Source: a plasmid. From it: DNA of 64,000 nt. Of the stretch, positions 54,196 through 63,707 are shown piece by piece. The notes under the pieces were generated by a model. It did not search any database. It was given only the letters and a program-made list of their open reading frames with translations, and was not told the DNA's origin. The stretch lies in sequence record NZ_CP044080.1; one strand, given 5' to 3'. Numbering within the stretch: position 1 is the stretch's first letter; the number at the start of each line of letters is the position of its first letter. Position numbers and translations under genes: made by a program.

Positions 54196-54978
54196 ATGGC
54201 GGACGTGCAGGACAGACCGGCGGATCGCTACCGCGCGCCCGCGCTCGACAAGGGGCTCGATATCCTCGAGGTGCTGGCCGACCAGCCCGGCGGCCTGACC
54301 CGGGCCGAGATCGTCAAGGCTCTGGGCGTCAGCCCGTCGCAGATCTACCGGATGCTGGAACGGCTGGTCGCGCGCACCTATGTCACCCGGCTGGACGGCG
54401 GCGACCGCTATGCGCTGACGATGAAGCTGTTCCTGCTCGCCAACGGCTATCCGCCGCTGCGCCGGCTGGTGGCGCAGGCCCAGCCGATGATGGACGCGTT
54501 TTCCCGCGAATTGCGCCAGTCCTGCCACCTGGTCGTGCCGGAAAACGGCTGCGGCATCGTCGTGGCCCAGGCCAGCCCCGTCGATCACTGGGAATTCCGC
54601 GCCCGGGTCGGCGCGCGGCTCGACCTGTTCCAGACCAGTTCGGGTCTGACGCTGCTGGCCTTCCAGGACCCCGCCCGGCGGGCCGAGACGCTGGGCCAAT
54701 GGGGCATCGCCGAGGCCGAGGCCGCCGTCGGCGCCATCGCGGACGACCTTGCCCGCATCCGCCGCAGCGGCCACCGCGTCGGCCCCTCGGGCCAGGCGGT
54801 GGGCGTCACCGACCTCAGCGTACCGCTGCTGGGACCGCGCGGCGACGCCATGGCGGTGCTGACCTGCGCCTTCATCGAGCATCCGGGCGATCCCCCCGCC
54901 GGGCTGCGCGAGGCGGCGCTGGCGCGCCTGGCCGAGGTCGCGCGCGCCCTGTCGACCGACCCCGCGCGCCCCGCCTAG
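54196..54978 (+). CDS. IclR-family transcriptional regulator, divergent from the sugar-acid operon
   Basis: ATG at 54196 with an AAAGGA RBS. N-terminal wHTH (LDKGLDILEVLADQPGGLTRAEIVKALGVSPSQIYRMLERL) and a C-terminal effector domain. Confidence 0.8.
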   Translation: MADVQDRPADRYRAPALDKGLDILEVLADQPGGLTRAEIVKALGVSPSQIYRMLERLVARTYVTRLDGGDRYALTMKLFLLANGYPPLRRLVAQAQPMMDAFSRELRQSCHLVVPENGCGIVVAQASPVDHWEFRARVGARLDLFQTSSGLTLLAFQDPARRAETLGQWGIAEAEAAVGAIADDLARIRRSGHRVGPSGQAVGVTDLSVPLLGPRGDAMAVLTCAFIEHPGDPPAGLREAALARLAEVARALSTDPARPA

Positions 54979-55652
54979 CCCCAGGCGCGCGGCGCGGGCT
55001 CGGCCCCCTCCAGCGCGGCGATGCGCAGCGGCGGCACGGCCGAGGGCTGGGCGAACCAGAAGCGGTGCATCAGCTCGATCTGGCGCTGCACCCGCCGCAG
55101 CGCCGCGACCCGGTTCGCGGGCTGGGCCGGGCGCGGCACCAGCAGCACCGCGACCTGCCGCGCCGATTCGGGCGTCAGCCCGGCCAGCGCCGGCCGGGCG
55201 TTCACGAAGGCCACGAACCCCGCCGTGACATGGCAATGGACCTCGGCCGGTCCGGTCAGGCCGCGCAGCATCCCGCCCGCGACATTGCCCATTGCCTGGT
55301 CGTTGGCCACCGTCGCCGTGGCCAGGCAAAAGGCCGCCAGCTTCGATTCCGCAAGCTGGCGCAGCGTGCGCACGACCGGCGCGTCGCCCCCGCGGGTCAG
55401 GAACACGTCCTGGCGCCAGCGGAAATCCTGGATCGGATAGCGCCGGGCTTCGCAGCGCAGCCGGAACGCCACCATCGATTCGGGCCCCGCGATGTCCCAG
55501 GGCAGCAGCACCTGATGCAGCGCCGCCGGCAGGCCGCCGATGAAATTCGGCCTGACAGGCACATGATCCAGCATCCGCATCGGCAATCCGTCCCGCGTTC
55601 CATTCGTTGCCGCCATCATCGGCCAGCCACCGGCCGGGCGCAACGAATGCAC
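54975..55652 (-). CDS. Hypothetical protein (up to 225 aa; start uncertain)
   Basis: A minus-strand ORF with protein-like composition, whereas the overlapping plus-strand frames are R/P-rich junk. The first codon is a GTG at 55652. In-frame ATGs lie at aa 11/12 and 25/27. I recognised no family. Confidence 0.3.
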   Translation of the reverse strand: MHSLRPAGGWPMMAATNGTRDGLPMRMLDHVPVRPNFIGGLPAALHQVLLPWDIAGPESMVAFRLRCEARRYPIQDFRWRQDVFLTRGGDAPVVRTLRQLAESKLAAFCLATATVANDQAMGNVAGGMLRGLTGPAEVHCHVTAGFVAFVNARPALAGLTPESARQVAVLLVPRPAQPANRVAALRRVQRQIELMHRFWFAQPSAVPPLRIAALEGAEPAPRAWG

Positions 55653-55675
55653 CGGATTTTAAGGATTTTCCGCGC

Positions 55676-56164
55676 TCAGCCCGAAACCTGCACCGGCAGG
55701 CCGCCGGTCACGGGGCGGCCGTCGCGGCGATAGAACCAGCGCGCCGCCTCGAACACGGTGAAACTGTACTTGCGGCCGCGCTCGGACATCAGCGTACGCT
55801 CCAGCTCGGCCCCCTCGAACGCCATGCGCAGCACCGGCGTGTCGCTGCCCAGGGGCCCCTCGGCCCGCAGCGCGGCCAGCAGCGCCAGCACCTCGGGGCC
55901 GGTGGTGTCGTGCCAGATCTGCGCCCGTTGGAAGGAAATCGAGATCCGCAGGTCGGGCCGGCGCGGTTCGCTCAGCACCCGGCAGGCCAGCAGGAAGCCG
56001 TTGCCGACCTCGGTGACGGCAGGCAGCAGCTCGACCTCGATCCGGCGCGGCACGGCGCGGCCGAACAGGCGCGCATCCTCGATCCGGCCAAAGCGGCAGG
56101 CCTGGGCCGCGCCGGCAGGGGCGGAACCGGGGCCTGCGGGGGGCGCGGTGGGATGGGGCTGCAC
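55676..56164 (-). CDS. Hypothetical protein (up to 162 aa; GTG start)
   Basis: ORF between the decarboxylase gene and the previous ORF. The C-terminal two-thirds look protein-like (...SFQRAQIWHDTTGPEVLALLAALRAEGPLGSDTPVLRMAFEGAELERTLMSERGRKYSFTVFEAARWFYRRDGRPV...). There is no in-frame ATG near the 5-prime end. Confidence 0.3.
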   Translation of the reverse strand: MQPHPTAPPAGPGSAPAGAAQACRFGRIEDARLFGRAVPRRIEVELLPAVTEVGNGFLLACRVLSEPRRPDLRISISFQRAQIWHDTTGPEVLALLAALRAEGPLGSDTPVLRMAFEGAELERTLMSERGRKYSFTVFEAARWFYRRDGRPVTGGLPVQVSG

Positions 56165-56251
56165 GGCGTCAGTCTGTCCTGGCTGTCATCGCGTCGTTGT
56201 CGCAGCTTGGGCGCGTCCGGGCAAGCCCGACACACGCCGCGGTTGCGAAAA

Positions 56252-58543
56252 TCACGGCTCGGCCACGCAGTCGGCAAAGTAATGCACCGCGCCGTCCGGT
56301 CCGACCTCCTGCACGAGGCCGTGGATGTCGGTCTCGAACCCCGGACATTCGCGGGCGAATTCGCGGTTGAAGCGCAGGTATTCGACGATCCGCCCGTTGA
56401 AGACCTCGCCCGGGATCAGCAGCGGGATGCCGGGAGGATAGGGCGTCACCAGGCTGGTGGTGATGCGGCCTTCCAGGTCGTCGATCGGCACGCGCTGGGT
56501 GGTGCGCTGCGCGATATGGGCAAAGGCCTCGCTGGGCTTCATCGCGGGCGTCAGGTCGGACAGGTACATTTCGGTCGACAGCACCGCCACGTCGTATTTG
56601 GCGTAAAGCGCATGGACGTGCTGGCACAGGTCGCGCAACCCCATCTGCTTGTAGCGCGGCTGCTTCTGGCAGAACTCGGGCATCACACGCCACAGGGGCT
56701 GGTTCTTGGCGTGATCGTCCTTGAACTGCTGCAGCGCGGTCAAAAGCGTGTTCCAGCGGCCCTTGGTGATGCCGATGGTGAACATCACGAAGAAACTGTA
56801 AAGCCCGGTCTTTTCCACCACCACGCCATGCTCGGCCAGGTATTTGGTCACGATGCTGGCGGGGATGCCCCAATCCTCGAACCGGCCGTCGATGTTCAGG
56901 CCGGGGGTGATGATCGTGGCCTTGATCGGGTCCAGCATGTTGAAGCCCGGCGCCATGTCGCCAAAGCCGTGCCAGGCGTCCTCGCCGTCGCGCTGCACGC
57001 CCTCGCTGTCGGTGCGGCGCAAGACCCAGTCGCGGGTGCGGCCGATCCCCTCCTCCTCCAGCTCGTCCGGGCCCCAGACCTGGAACCACCAGTCGTCCTC
57101 GCCGAACTCGTCATCGACCTTGCGCATGGCGCGGCGGAAATCCAGCGCCTCGGCGATGCTCTCCTCGACCAGCGCGGTCCCGCCCGGAGGCTCCATCATC
57201 GCGGCGGCCACGTCGCAGCTCGCGATGATCGAATATTGCGGGCTGGTCGAGGTGTGCATCAGATACGCCTCGTTGAACAGGTGCCGGTCCAGCTTGGCCT
57301 CTTCGCTGTCCTGGACCAGGACGTGGCTGGCCTGGCTGATCCCGGCCAGCAGCTTGTGGATCGACTGGGTGGCATAGACCATCGACTGCTGCGTGCGCCC
57401 GCGCTTGCGGCCCATGGCGTGGAAGGTGCCATAGAACGGATGGAAGGCCGCGTGCGGCAGCCAGGCCTCGTCGAAATGCAGGTTCTCGACCCAGCCGTCC
57501 AGCATCCCCTTGATGACCTCGGTGTTGTACAGCACGCCGTCATAGGTCGATTGCGTCAGCGTCATGATACGCGGCTTGACCGTGTCGGCATCGACCCCCT
57601 TCAGCAGCGGGTTGGCGCGGATCTTGGCCTTGATCGTCTCGATCTCGAACTCGCTGTGCGGGATCGGGCCGATGATGCCCCAATGGTTGCGGGTGGGCTT
57701 CAGGAACACCGGCACGGCGCCGGTCATGATGATCGAATGCAGGATCGACTTGTGGCAGTTGCGGTCCACCACCACCACGTCGCCCGGGGCGACCGTGTGA
57801 TGCCACACCATCTTGTTGCTGGTGCTGGTCCCGTTGGTGACAAAGAAGCAATGGTCCGCGTTGAAGATCCGCGCCGCGTTCTGTTCGGACGCGCCGATGG
57901 CGCCGTTATGGTCCAGAAGCTGGCCCAGCTCCTCGACGGCATTGCAGACATCGGCGCGCAGCATGTTTTCGCCATAGAACTGGTGATACATCTGGCCGAT
58001 GGGGCTTTTCAGGAACGCGACGCCCCCCGAATGGCCGGGGCAGTGCCAGGAATAGGACCCGTCCTCGGCGTAATCCAGAAGCGCGCGGAAAAAGGGCGGC
58101 TGGATGCCTTCCAGATAGGACTTGGCCTCGCGGATGATGTGGCGGGCGACGAACTCGGGCGTGTCCTCGAAGGCGTGGATGAAGCCGTGCAGTTCGCGCA
58201 GGATGTCGTTCGGGAGGTGCCGGCTGGTCTTGGTCTCGCCATAGATATAGATCGGCACATCGGCGTTCTTCCAGCGCACCTCCTCGATGAAGTTGCGCAG
58301 GTTCGTCACCACCGGGTCCAGGTCGGGGCCGGGGCTGAACTCCTCGTCGTCGATCGACAGGACAAAGGCGCTGGCGCGGCTTTGCTGCTGGGCGAATTGC
58401 GACAGGTCGCCATAGCTGGTCACGCCCAGCACCTGGAACCCCTCGCTTTCGATGGCGTCGGCCAGCGCACGGATGCCCAGGCCCGACGAGTTTTCCGAAC
58501 GGAAATCCTCGTCGATGATGACGATGGGGAAGCGGAACTTCAT
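56252..58543 (-). CDS. Orn/Lys/Arg decarboxylase, large fold-I PLP enzyme (763 aa)
   Basis: ATG at 58543 with AGGAGAG 5 nt upstream. It has a wing domain, a PLP domain (…FVTNGTSTSNKMV…) and a C-terminal domain typical of the LdcC/CadA/SpeF/AdiA family. Confidence 0.85.
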   Translation of the reverse strand: MKFRFPIVIIDEDFRSENSSGLGIRALADAIESEGFQVLGVTSYGDLSQFAQQQSRASAFVLSIDDEEFSPGPDLDPVVTNLRNFIEEVRWKNADVPIYIYGETKTSRHLPNDILRELHGFIHAFEDTPEFVARHIIREAKSYLEGIQPPFFRALLDYAEDGSYSWHCPGHSGGVAFLKSPIGQMYHQFYGENMLRADVCNAVEELGQLLDHNGAIGASEQNAARIFNADHCFFVTNGTSTSNKMVWHHTVAPGDVVVVDRNCHKSILHSIIMTGAVPVFLKPTRNHWGIIGPIPHSEFEIETIKAKIRANPLLKGVDADTVKPRIMTLTQSTYDGVLYNTEVIKGMLDGWVENLHFDEAWLPHAAFHPFYGTFHAMGRKRGRTQQSMVYATQSIHKLLAGISQASHVLVQDSEEAKLDRHLFNEAYLMHTSTSPQYSIIASCDVAAAMMEPPGGTALVEESIAEALDFRRAMRKVDDEFGEDDWWFQVWGPDELEEEGIGRTRDWVLRRTDSEGVQRDGEDAWHGFGDMAPGFNMLDPIKATIITPGLNIDGRFEDWGIPASIVTKYLAEHGVVVEKTGLYSFFVMFTIGITKGRWNTLLTALQQFKDDHAKNQPLWRVMPEFCQKQPRYKQMGLRDLCQHVHALYAKYDVAVLSTEMYLSDLTPAMKPSEAFAHIAQRTTQRVPIDDLEGRITTSLVTPYPPGIPLLIPGEVFNGRIVEYLRFNREFARECPGFETDIHGLVQEVGPDGAVHYFADCVAEP

Positions 58544-58807
58544 CGAACTCTCCTGTGCCCTCAGGGATGCAGCCGGGTCGGACCGGGCCCCTCATACTAT
58601 CCCCGGGGTCCAGCGTCACCCCGCAAACGGCGCGCGCGCGGGGACGCGCCGGGGGGCTGCGCGGGGGCCTTGACCTAAAAAATGTCAACTTGTCGGCGGG
58701 GGCGGAACTGCGCCCCCGGCGCGGGGCTTTCCCAGCCATGGCGCGGCCTTCCCCGCCGCCTGTTTCCAGCGCCGTCGGCCTCAGCGGGGTTCGTGATGTA
58801 TGTGATG

Positions 58808-60829
58808 CATGTGGCCCTTGCAGGCTGTCTCGGACCGCCGCCGATCCGCCACGGGCTGACGCAGGACACCGGCGGCGCGCTGGCCTATGTCCTGGGCGCG
58901 GCCGAGGCGCAGGCCCTGCGTTCCGACACCGAGGCCGTGGACATCGTCACCCGGCGCTTCGACGACCCCGCGCTGGGGGCGGACCATGACCTGCCGATGC
59001 AGCAGCTGGGCCCGCGGCTGCGCATCATCCGCATCGCCTCGGCCTCGCGCGGCTATCTGGCCCAGCCCGATCTTGGCCCCGAGCTGCCGGATCTCGCGCT
59101 GGCCTTTCTGGGGCTCTTGTCGATGCTGCCGCGCCGGCCGGACCTGATCCACTGCCACGGCGCCGAGGCCATGGTGCTGGGCCGGGCGGCGCGGGCGCGC
59201 CACCGCATGCCGCTGCTTTATACCCCCCATGCGCACAGCCTCAGGGCGCGGCTCGACGCACCCCCGCCGCAGGCGCTGCGCGACCAGCTGGCCCGCGAAC
59301 GCACCGCCCTGCGCGAGGCCGACGCCATCATCGCCTCGACCCGGGACGAGGCCGAGCGCCAGATCGCCGCCTATGACCCGCTGGCAGCCGGGCGGGTCTG
59401 GCGCATCAACCCCGGCGTCGCGCTGCCCCGGCCGCGCGGCGACGCCCGCGCGCTGCTGGCCACGCTCGACCGGCCCGAGGCGCCGTTTCTTCTGGCCATC
59501 GCCCGGCCGGTGCGGCAGAAAAACCTGATGGGGCTGCTGGACGCCTATATCGCGTCGCCCGCGCTGCAGGCGCGCGCCAACCTGGTGATCCTGGCCGGCC
59601 AGCCGGGGGGCGAGGCCGAGCAGCGCGCGATCCGCCGTGAACTGACGCTGCGGGCCGCGTCGGCGGGGCTCGGGGGCAAGGTGCTGATGCCGCACAGCCA
59701 CGACCCGGGCATCGTGCCGCTGCTTTACGCGCGCTGCGCGATCCAGCGCGGCGTCCTGGTGAACCCCGCGCTGCACGAATCCCTTGGACTGACGCTGATC
59801 GAGGCGGCCCGTTTTGGCCTGCCGGTCGTCGCCACCCGCAACGGCGGCCCGCAAGCCATCCTCGACCGCATCGGCCACGGGCTGGCGGTCGATCCCGCCC
59901 GGCCCCGCGCCATCGCCGCCGCCTGCCTGCGGCTGGTGCGCGACGCGGGCCTGTGGCGGCGGCTGTCGCAGAACGCCCGCAACGGCCAGGGACAGTTCAG
60001 CTGGGACCGCTGGGCCGAGCGCGTCGCGACCATCGCCGCACGGCTCCTCTCGCCCCGCGCGCCGTTCCGGCCCGACCCCCTGCCCCGCACGATCCTGGCC
60101 TTCGACCTCGACGCGACGCTCACCGGCTGCCCGGTCGGCGCGCTCCGCTTCTCGGACTGGGCGCGGGGCGCGGGCGGGCGCGGCCAGCGCATCGTGCTGA
60201 CCACCGACGCCCCCGTGTCCGAGGCGCGCGGCCAGCTTGCCGACTGGTCCCTGCCCGAGCCGCAGGTCCTCATCACCTCGCTCGGGTCCGAGATCTGGCG
60301 CCCGCACCATCGCGGCGCCCTGCGCCTGTGCATCGACTATGCCGCCTGGCTCACCGAGGGCTGGCACCGCGCCGCCGTCCGCGAGGCGATCGAGGCGCTG
60401 GGGCTCGACTGGCGCGCGGCCCACGAACAGCGCGCCTGGCGGTTGGCGCTGGCAGGCACCCCCGCCGACGCCGCCCGCGTGACCGCCGCCCTGGGCGCGC
60501 AGGGCCTTCAGGCCCGCGTCATCGCCTCGGGCGCGGGGACCATCGACGTGCTGCCCCGCCGCGCCGGCAAGCCCGAGGCCCTGGCCTTCGAGGCGCGCCG
60601 CCTGGGCCTGTCGCTGGCCGATTGCGTGGCGGCGGGCGACGGCGCGCGCGACACTGCCCTGCTGGCGGCGGCGGGCCGCGCCATCCTGGTCGGCGCCAGC
60701 GCACCCGCCCTGCCCGACCGCCCCGGGCTTTACCGCGCCCGCGCCGCCCACGGCGTCGGCGTGGTCGAGGGTCTGGCGCATTTCGACCTGGGCGCCGCCG
60801 CCCAGCCCCGGGGCATCCCCGCGGAATGA
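58808..60829 (+). CDS. Sucrose-phosphate-synthase-like bifunctional protein: GT4 glycosyltransferase domain plus C-terminal HAD phosphatase domain
   Basis: ATG at 58808 (MYVMHVALAGCLGPPPIRHG...). The central segment HESLGLTLIEAARFGLPVVATRNGGPQAIL is GT4-like. The C-terminal ILAFDLDATLTG carries the HAD DxDxT motif. Confidence 0.75.
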   Translation, partial: HVALAGCLGPPPIRHGLTQDTGGALAYVLGAAEAQALRSDTEAVDIVTRRFDDPALGADHDLPMQQLGPRLRIIRIASASRGYLAQPDLGPELPDLALAFLGLLSMLPRRPDLIHCHGAEAMVLGRAARARHRMPLLYTPHAHSLRARLDAPPPQALRDQLARERTALREADAIIASTRDEAERQIAAYDPLAAGRVWRINPGVALPRPRGDARALLATLDRPEAPFLLAIARPVRQKNLMGLLDAYIASPALQARANLVILAGQPGGEAEQRAIRRELTLRAASAGLGGKVLMPHSHDPGIVPLLYARCAIQRGVLVNPALHESLGLTLIEAARFGLPVVATRNGGPQAILDRIGHGLAVDPARPRAIAAACLRLVRDAGLWRRLSQNARNGQGQFSWDRWAERVATIAARLLSPRAPFRPDPLPRTILAFDLDATLTGCPVGALRFSDWARGAGGRGQRIVLTTDAPVSEARGQLADWSLPEPQVLITSLGSEIWRPHHRGALRLCIDYAAWLTEGWHRAAVREAIEALGLDWRAAHEQRAWRLALAGTPADAARVTAALGAQGLQARVIASGAGTIDVLPRRAGKPEALAFEARRLGLSLADCVAAGDGARDTALLAAAGRAILVGASAPALPDRPGLYRARAAHGVGVVEGLAHFDLGAAAQPRGIPAE

Positions 60830-60877
60830 TCGCGCCCCGCGCCCTTTCGCTTCATCCGCCGGCCAAGGCCGCCTGAC

Positions 60878-61954
60878 ATGCGCATCGCCCTGCTCGCGCC
60901 CCTGCGCCACCCGATCAGGCCCCCCTTCATGGGCGGGCTCGAGGCGCATTGCTGGCATCTCGCACGCGGGCTCAAGGCGCGCGGCCACCAGGTCACGCTG
61001 TTCGCCTCGGGCGACAGCGACGTGGGCGTGCCGGTCTTTCCCGTGCTGCGCCGCCACGCCCGGGCGGATTTTCCCGACCCCGCGCGCCAGGGCGGCGCCC
61101 ATCTGGCCGCGATCCTCGACGCCGCGATGCAGCGCGCCTGCGACCGGATCGCGCAGGGCGGCTTCGACGTGGTCCATGACGCCAGCCAGCACCCCCGCCC
61201 GCTGGCGCTGGCGGCGCGCGGCCAGCCCTGCGTCACCGCGCTGCACGGGCCCCCGGCCCCGGCGCTGCAGCGCGCGACCCTGGACCAGCCCGGCGCGCGC
61301 TTCACCTTGCCCTCGGAACACCAGCGCAGGGTCTGGTGGTCCGGCGCGGCGCCCGCGCGGGTGGCGGTCGTTCACCCCGGAATCGACCCCGGGCGCTGGC
61401 CGTTCTCGCCCCTGGGCAACGGCACCCTGGTCTGGTCCGGCCGCATACGGCCCGAAAAGGGGCCGCAGCTCGCCGCCCAGACCGCCGCCCGGCTGGGCAT
61501 GCCGCTGACGCTTTACGGCATGGTCGAGGACCGGGCCTGGTTCGACGGCGCCGTGCGTCCCTTCCTGGGCGGGCGCATCCGCTATGGCGGGCATCTGGGG
61601 CAGGACGATCTGGCCCGCGCGCTCGGCGCGGCCTCGGTGCTGCTGTTCACCCCGGTGGGCGACGAACCCTTCGGCCGCGCCGCGGTCGAGGCCATGGCCA
61701 CGGGCCTGCCGGTGGCAAGCTTCGATCAGGGGGCGGCGCGCGAGGTGATCGGCGATGCCGGCGCCTTCGCGGCCGATCCCCTGCCGCAGGCGCTGGCCCC
61801 CGCCATCCGCCAGGCGCTGGCGATCCCCCGCGACCGGCCGCGCAACCGGGTCGAGCGCCTGTTCACCCTTTCGGGGATGCTTCAGGGCTACGAGGCGCAA
61901 TACCGCGCGGCCATCGCAGACCGGGCCGGCGCCGCCCCGCCCCTCGCGCGCTGA
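60878..61954 (+). CDS. Glycosyltransferase family 4
   Basis: ATG at 60878. MRIALLAPLRHPIRPPFMGGLEAHCWHLARGLKARGHQVTLFA... and a C-terminal motif EPFGRAAVEAMATGLPV. Confidence 0.7.
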   Translation: MRIALLAPLRHPIRPPFMGGLEAHCWHLARGLKARGHQVTLFASGDSDVGVPVFPVLRRHARADFPDPARQGGAHLAAILDAAMQRACDRIAQGGFDVVHDASQHPRPLALAARGQPCVTALHGPPAPALQRATLDQPGARFTLPSEHQRRVWWSGAAPARVAVVHPGIDPGRWPFSPLGNGTLVWSGRIRPEKGPQLAAQTAARLGMPLTLYGMVEDRAWFDGAVRPFLGGRIRYGGHLGQDDLARALGAASVLLFTPVGDEPFGRAAVEAMATGLPVASFDQGAAREVIGDAGAFAADPLPQALAPAIRQALAIPRDRPRNRVERLFTLSGMLQGYEAQYRAAIADRAGAAPPLAR

Positions 61955-61966
61955 ACCGCCCCTGCC

Positions 61967-63148
61967 CTAGTCCTCCAGGCCCGCCAGCAGCCCGGGCGAC
62001 ATCTCCTCCCAGAAGGCGGCGACGCGGGCGCTGTTCAGGGGCGACATCCAGCCGTGGCGCTCGAAATCGTCGCGCAGCGGTCCGGCGGGCAGTTGCGCGG
62101 CGAACAGCCGCCGGTCGGCGTCGCGCTGCGTGGGCGTGCGCGCCTTGACCGCGGCCAGGATGCGGCGCAGCCGCTCGGCCCGGCCGGCCGGCACGGCGCT
62201 GGCCTCGACCGGCTCGGGCGCGCCATAGCCGCCCTCCAGCGCCGCCGTCAGATAGCCCAGCTTGCTTTTCACGTTCTTGCGCGATTCGACATAGTCCAGC
62301 CGCGCCGTGACCTGTTCCTCGCCATGGCTCGCCAGCCATTGCCGCGCCAGCCGGTCGCTGACTCCCAGGCCCCGCAGCCGGGCATAGACCGCGCCGTGCC
62401 GCACCCCCTCGCCATCGTCCATGTCCAGGATCGCCAGCTGCGGGTTTTCCTTGATGCGGAACCGCAGGTCGGTGACGACCCGGCCCTGCTTGCGGGTCTC
62501 GGGGGTCAGGATGATGTTGCTGGTGCGGTTCACCTCGTCCACGGCGGGCTTGATGACCTTGGCGTTCAGGTGCTTGAAGGTCTCGTAATAGGCCGACCCG
62601 TCCACCCCCATCAGCCGCCGGAACAGGTCCAGCGGCCACCACCCGGTCGAGCCGGTCCGCACGAAGCGATAGCAGTTCTCGTACAGCGCCAGCGCGTGCC
62701 CGCTGGTGAACCGACGCTGGATGTTCAGGTTGATCAGCGCAAAGACCTTGGGGTCGTGCAGCTTTTCGGCCAGGGCCGGCGAATAGGCGTATTCGCAGAT
62801 GCCGCCCTTCAGCTTGGCATAGCTCAGCAGGCTGCTGACGCCCCATTCCTGCTGCCCCTTCTCGTCCAGCATGTCCCATTCGGCGACCGTCTCGGCCAGG
62901 CCGCGCAGGGATTGCTTCAGCGTGTCCATGTCGTTCGAATTATAGCCGATCATCAGGCACAGGGTGCGGGCGTCGATCTGGTGCCGGCTCTGGCTGGTCA
63001 GCGTGTCATAGGCATTCAGCAGCAGCACGTTCGACAGCTTGCGCTGCAAAAGCGTCAGCTTGCCCGAGACATGGATCGCCGCGACATGTTTCTTGACCGC
63101 GCCCCGCCGCAGCGCGCCGCTCAGCTGCTCCCGTGGAATGTCGTCCAT
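61967..63148 (-). CDS. repA: Plasmid replication initiator protein RepA (alphaproteobacterial RPA family)
   Basis: ATG at 63148 with an AGAGGA RBS. MDDIPREQLSGALRRGAVKKHVAAIHVSGKLTLLQRKLSNVLLLNAYDTL... resembles Rhodobacterales RepA-type initiators. It is followed by an origin-like repeat region and a parA start. Confidence 0.65.
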   Translation of the reverse strand: MDDIPREQLSGALRRGAVKKHVAAIHVSGKLTLLQRKLSNVLLLNAYDTLTSQSRHQIDARTLCLMIGYNSNDMDTLKQSLRGLAETVAEWDMLDEKGQQEWGVSSLLSYAKLKGGICEYAYSPALAEKLHDPKVFALINLNIQRRFTSGHALALYENCYRFVRTGSTGWWPLDLFRRLMGVDGSAYYETFKHLNAKVIKPAVDEVNRTSNIILTPETRKQGRVVTDLRFRIKENPQLAILDMDDGEGVRHGAVYARLRGLGVSDRLARQWLASHGEEQVTARLDYVESRKNVKSKLGYLTAALEGGYGAPEPVEASAVPAGRAERLRRILAAVKARTPTQRDADRRLFAAQLPAGPLRDDFERHGWMSPLNSARVAAFWEEMSPGLLAGLED

Positions 63149-63199
63149 GCGACCCGTCCTCTTTGCCCGTTCCTGCCTTTGCGGCTTGGCGCCAGTCTA

Positions 63200-63560
63200 C
63201 GCCAAAAGGTGCCCAGCCACAACGCGCGCGCAGGTGCCTCGGGACGCCGTCCGCGCTGCTCGGGACCGTCCCGGAAACGGGTCCCTCACGCCTCCGGCGG
63301 GCCCGAAAGGCACCCGTTTCCGGGATGGTTCGGCGTGATCCGGCCGGGTTTGGCGCCCCTGGTGCCAGCCTGAACGCGCCTTTGGCCCCCTTCCCGCAGA
63401 CGGAACCCCCTTATCCTGCGAATCGGTGCCCTGCCCCCCGTATCCGGGCACCTTCGATCCCGGAATCGGGTTCCCGTGGTCCTGTATCCGGGTGCCTTTG
63501 GCCTGTCATCATCCTGATCTTTCTGGACTTTCCCGCTCCAAAGTCTTTAAACCTCTGAAA
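63200..63560. repeat. Putative replication origin region: a 13-bp perfect inverted repeat (CCCGGAAACGGGT at 63270-63282 and ACCCGTTTCCGGG at 63312-63324), iteron-like direct repeats (GTATCCGGGCACC at 63440-63452 and GTATCCGGGTGCC at 63484-63496, 44 bp apart), recurrent GGTGCC cores, and an AT-rich stretch from 63500 to 63560
   Basis: I counted these directly in the sequence. They are located between repA and parA, which is typical of iteron-type plasmid origins. Confidence 0.4.
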
Positions 63561-63707
63561 GAGAAGACAAACTTTCCGCTGTTGCTTTTCGGGTATGGGT
63601 GGGGGGTTTTGCTGCGAAACCGGCGCGGGGCGATTCCCTCGCCGCGGTCCATGTGCAATAGTTTGCCCAAAACACCAAAAGCAGCAGCACGTCGCAGAGG
63701 TAGCAGG

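Noticed and set aside
58781-61900. 1039-aa minus-strand ORF
   Set aside because: It is antisense to the SPS-like and GT4 genes. This is a shadow ORF.
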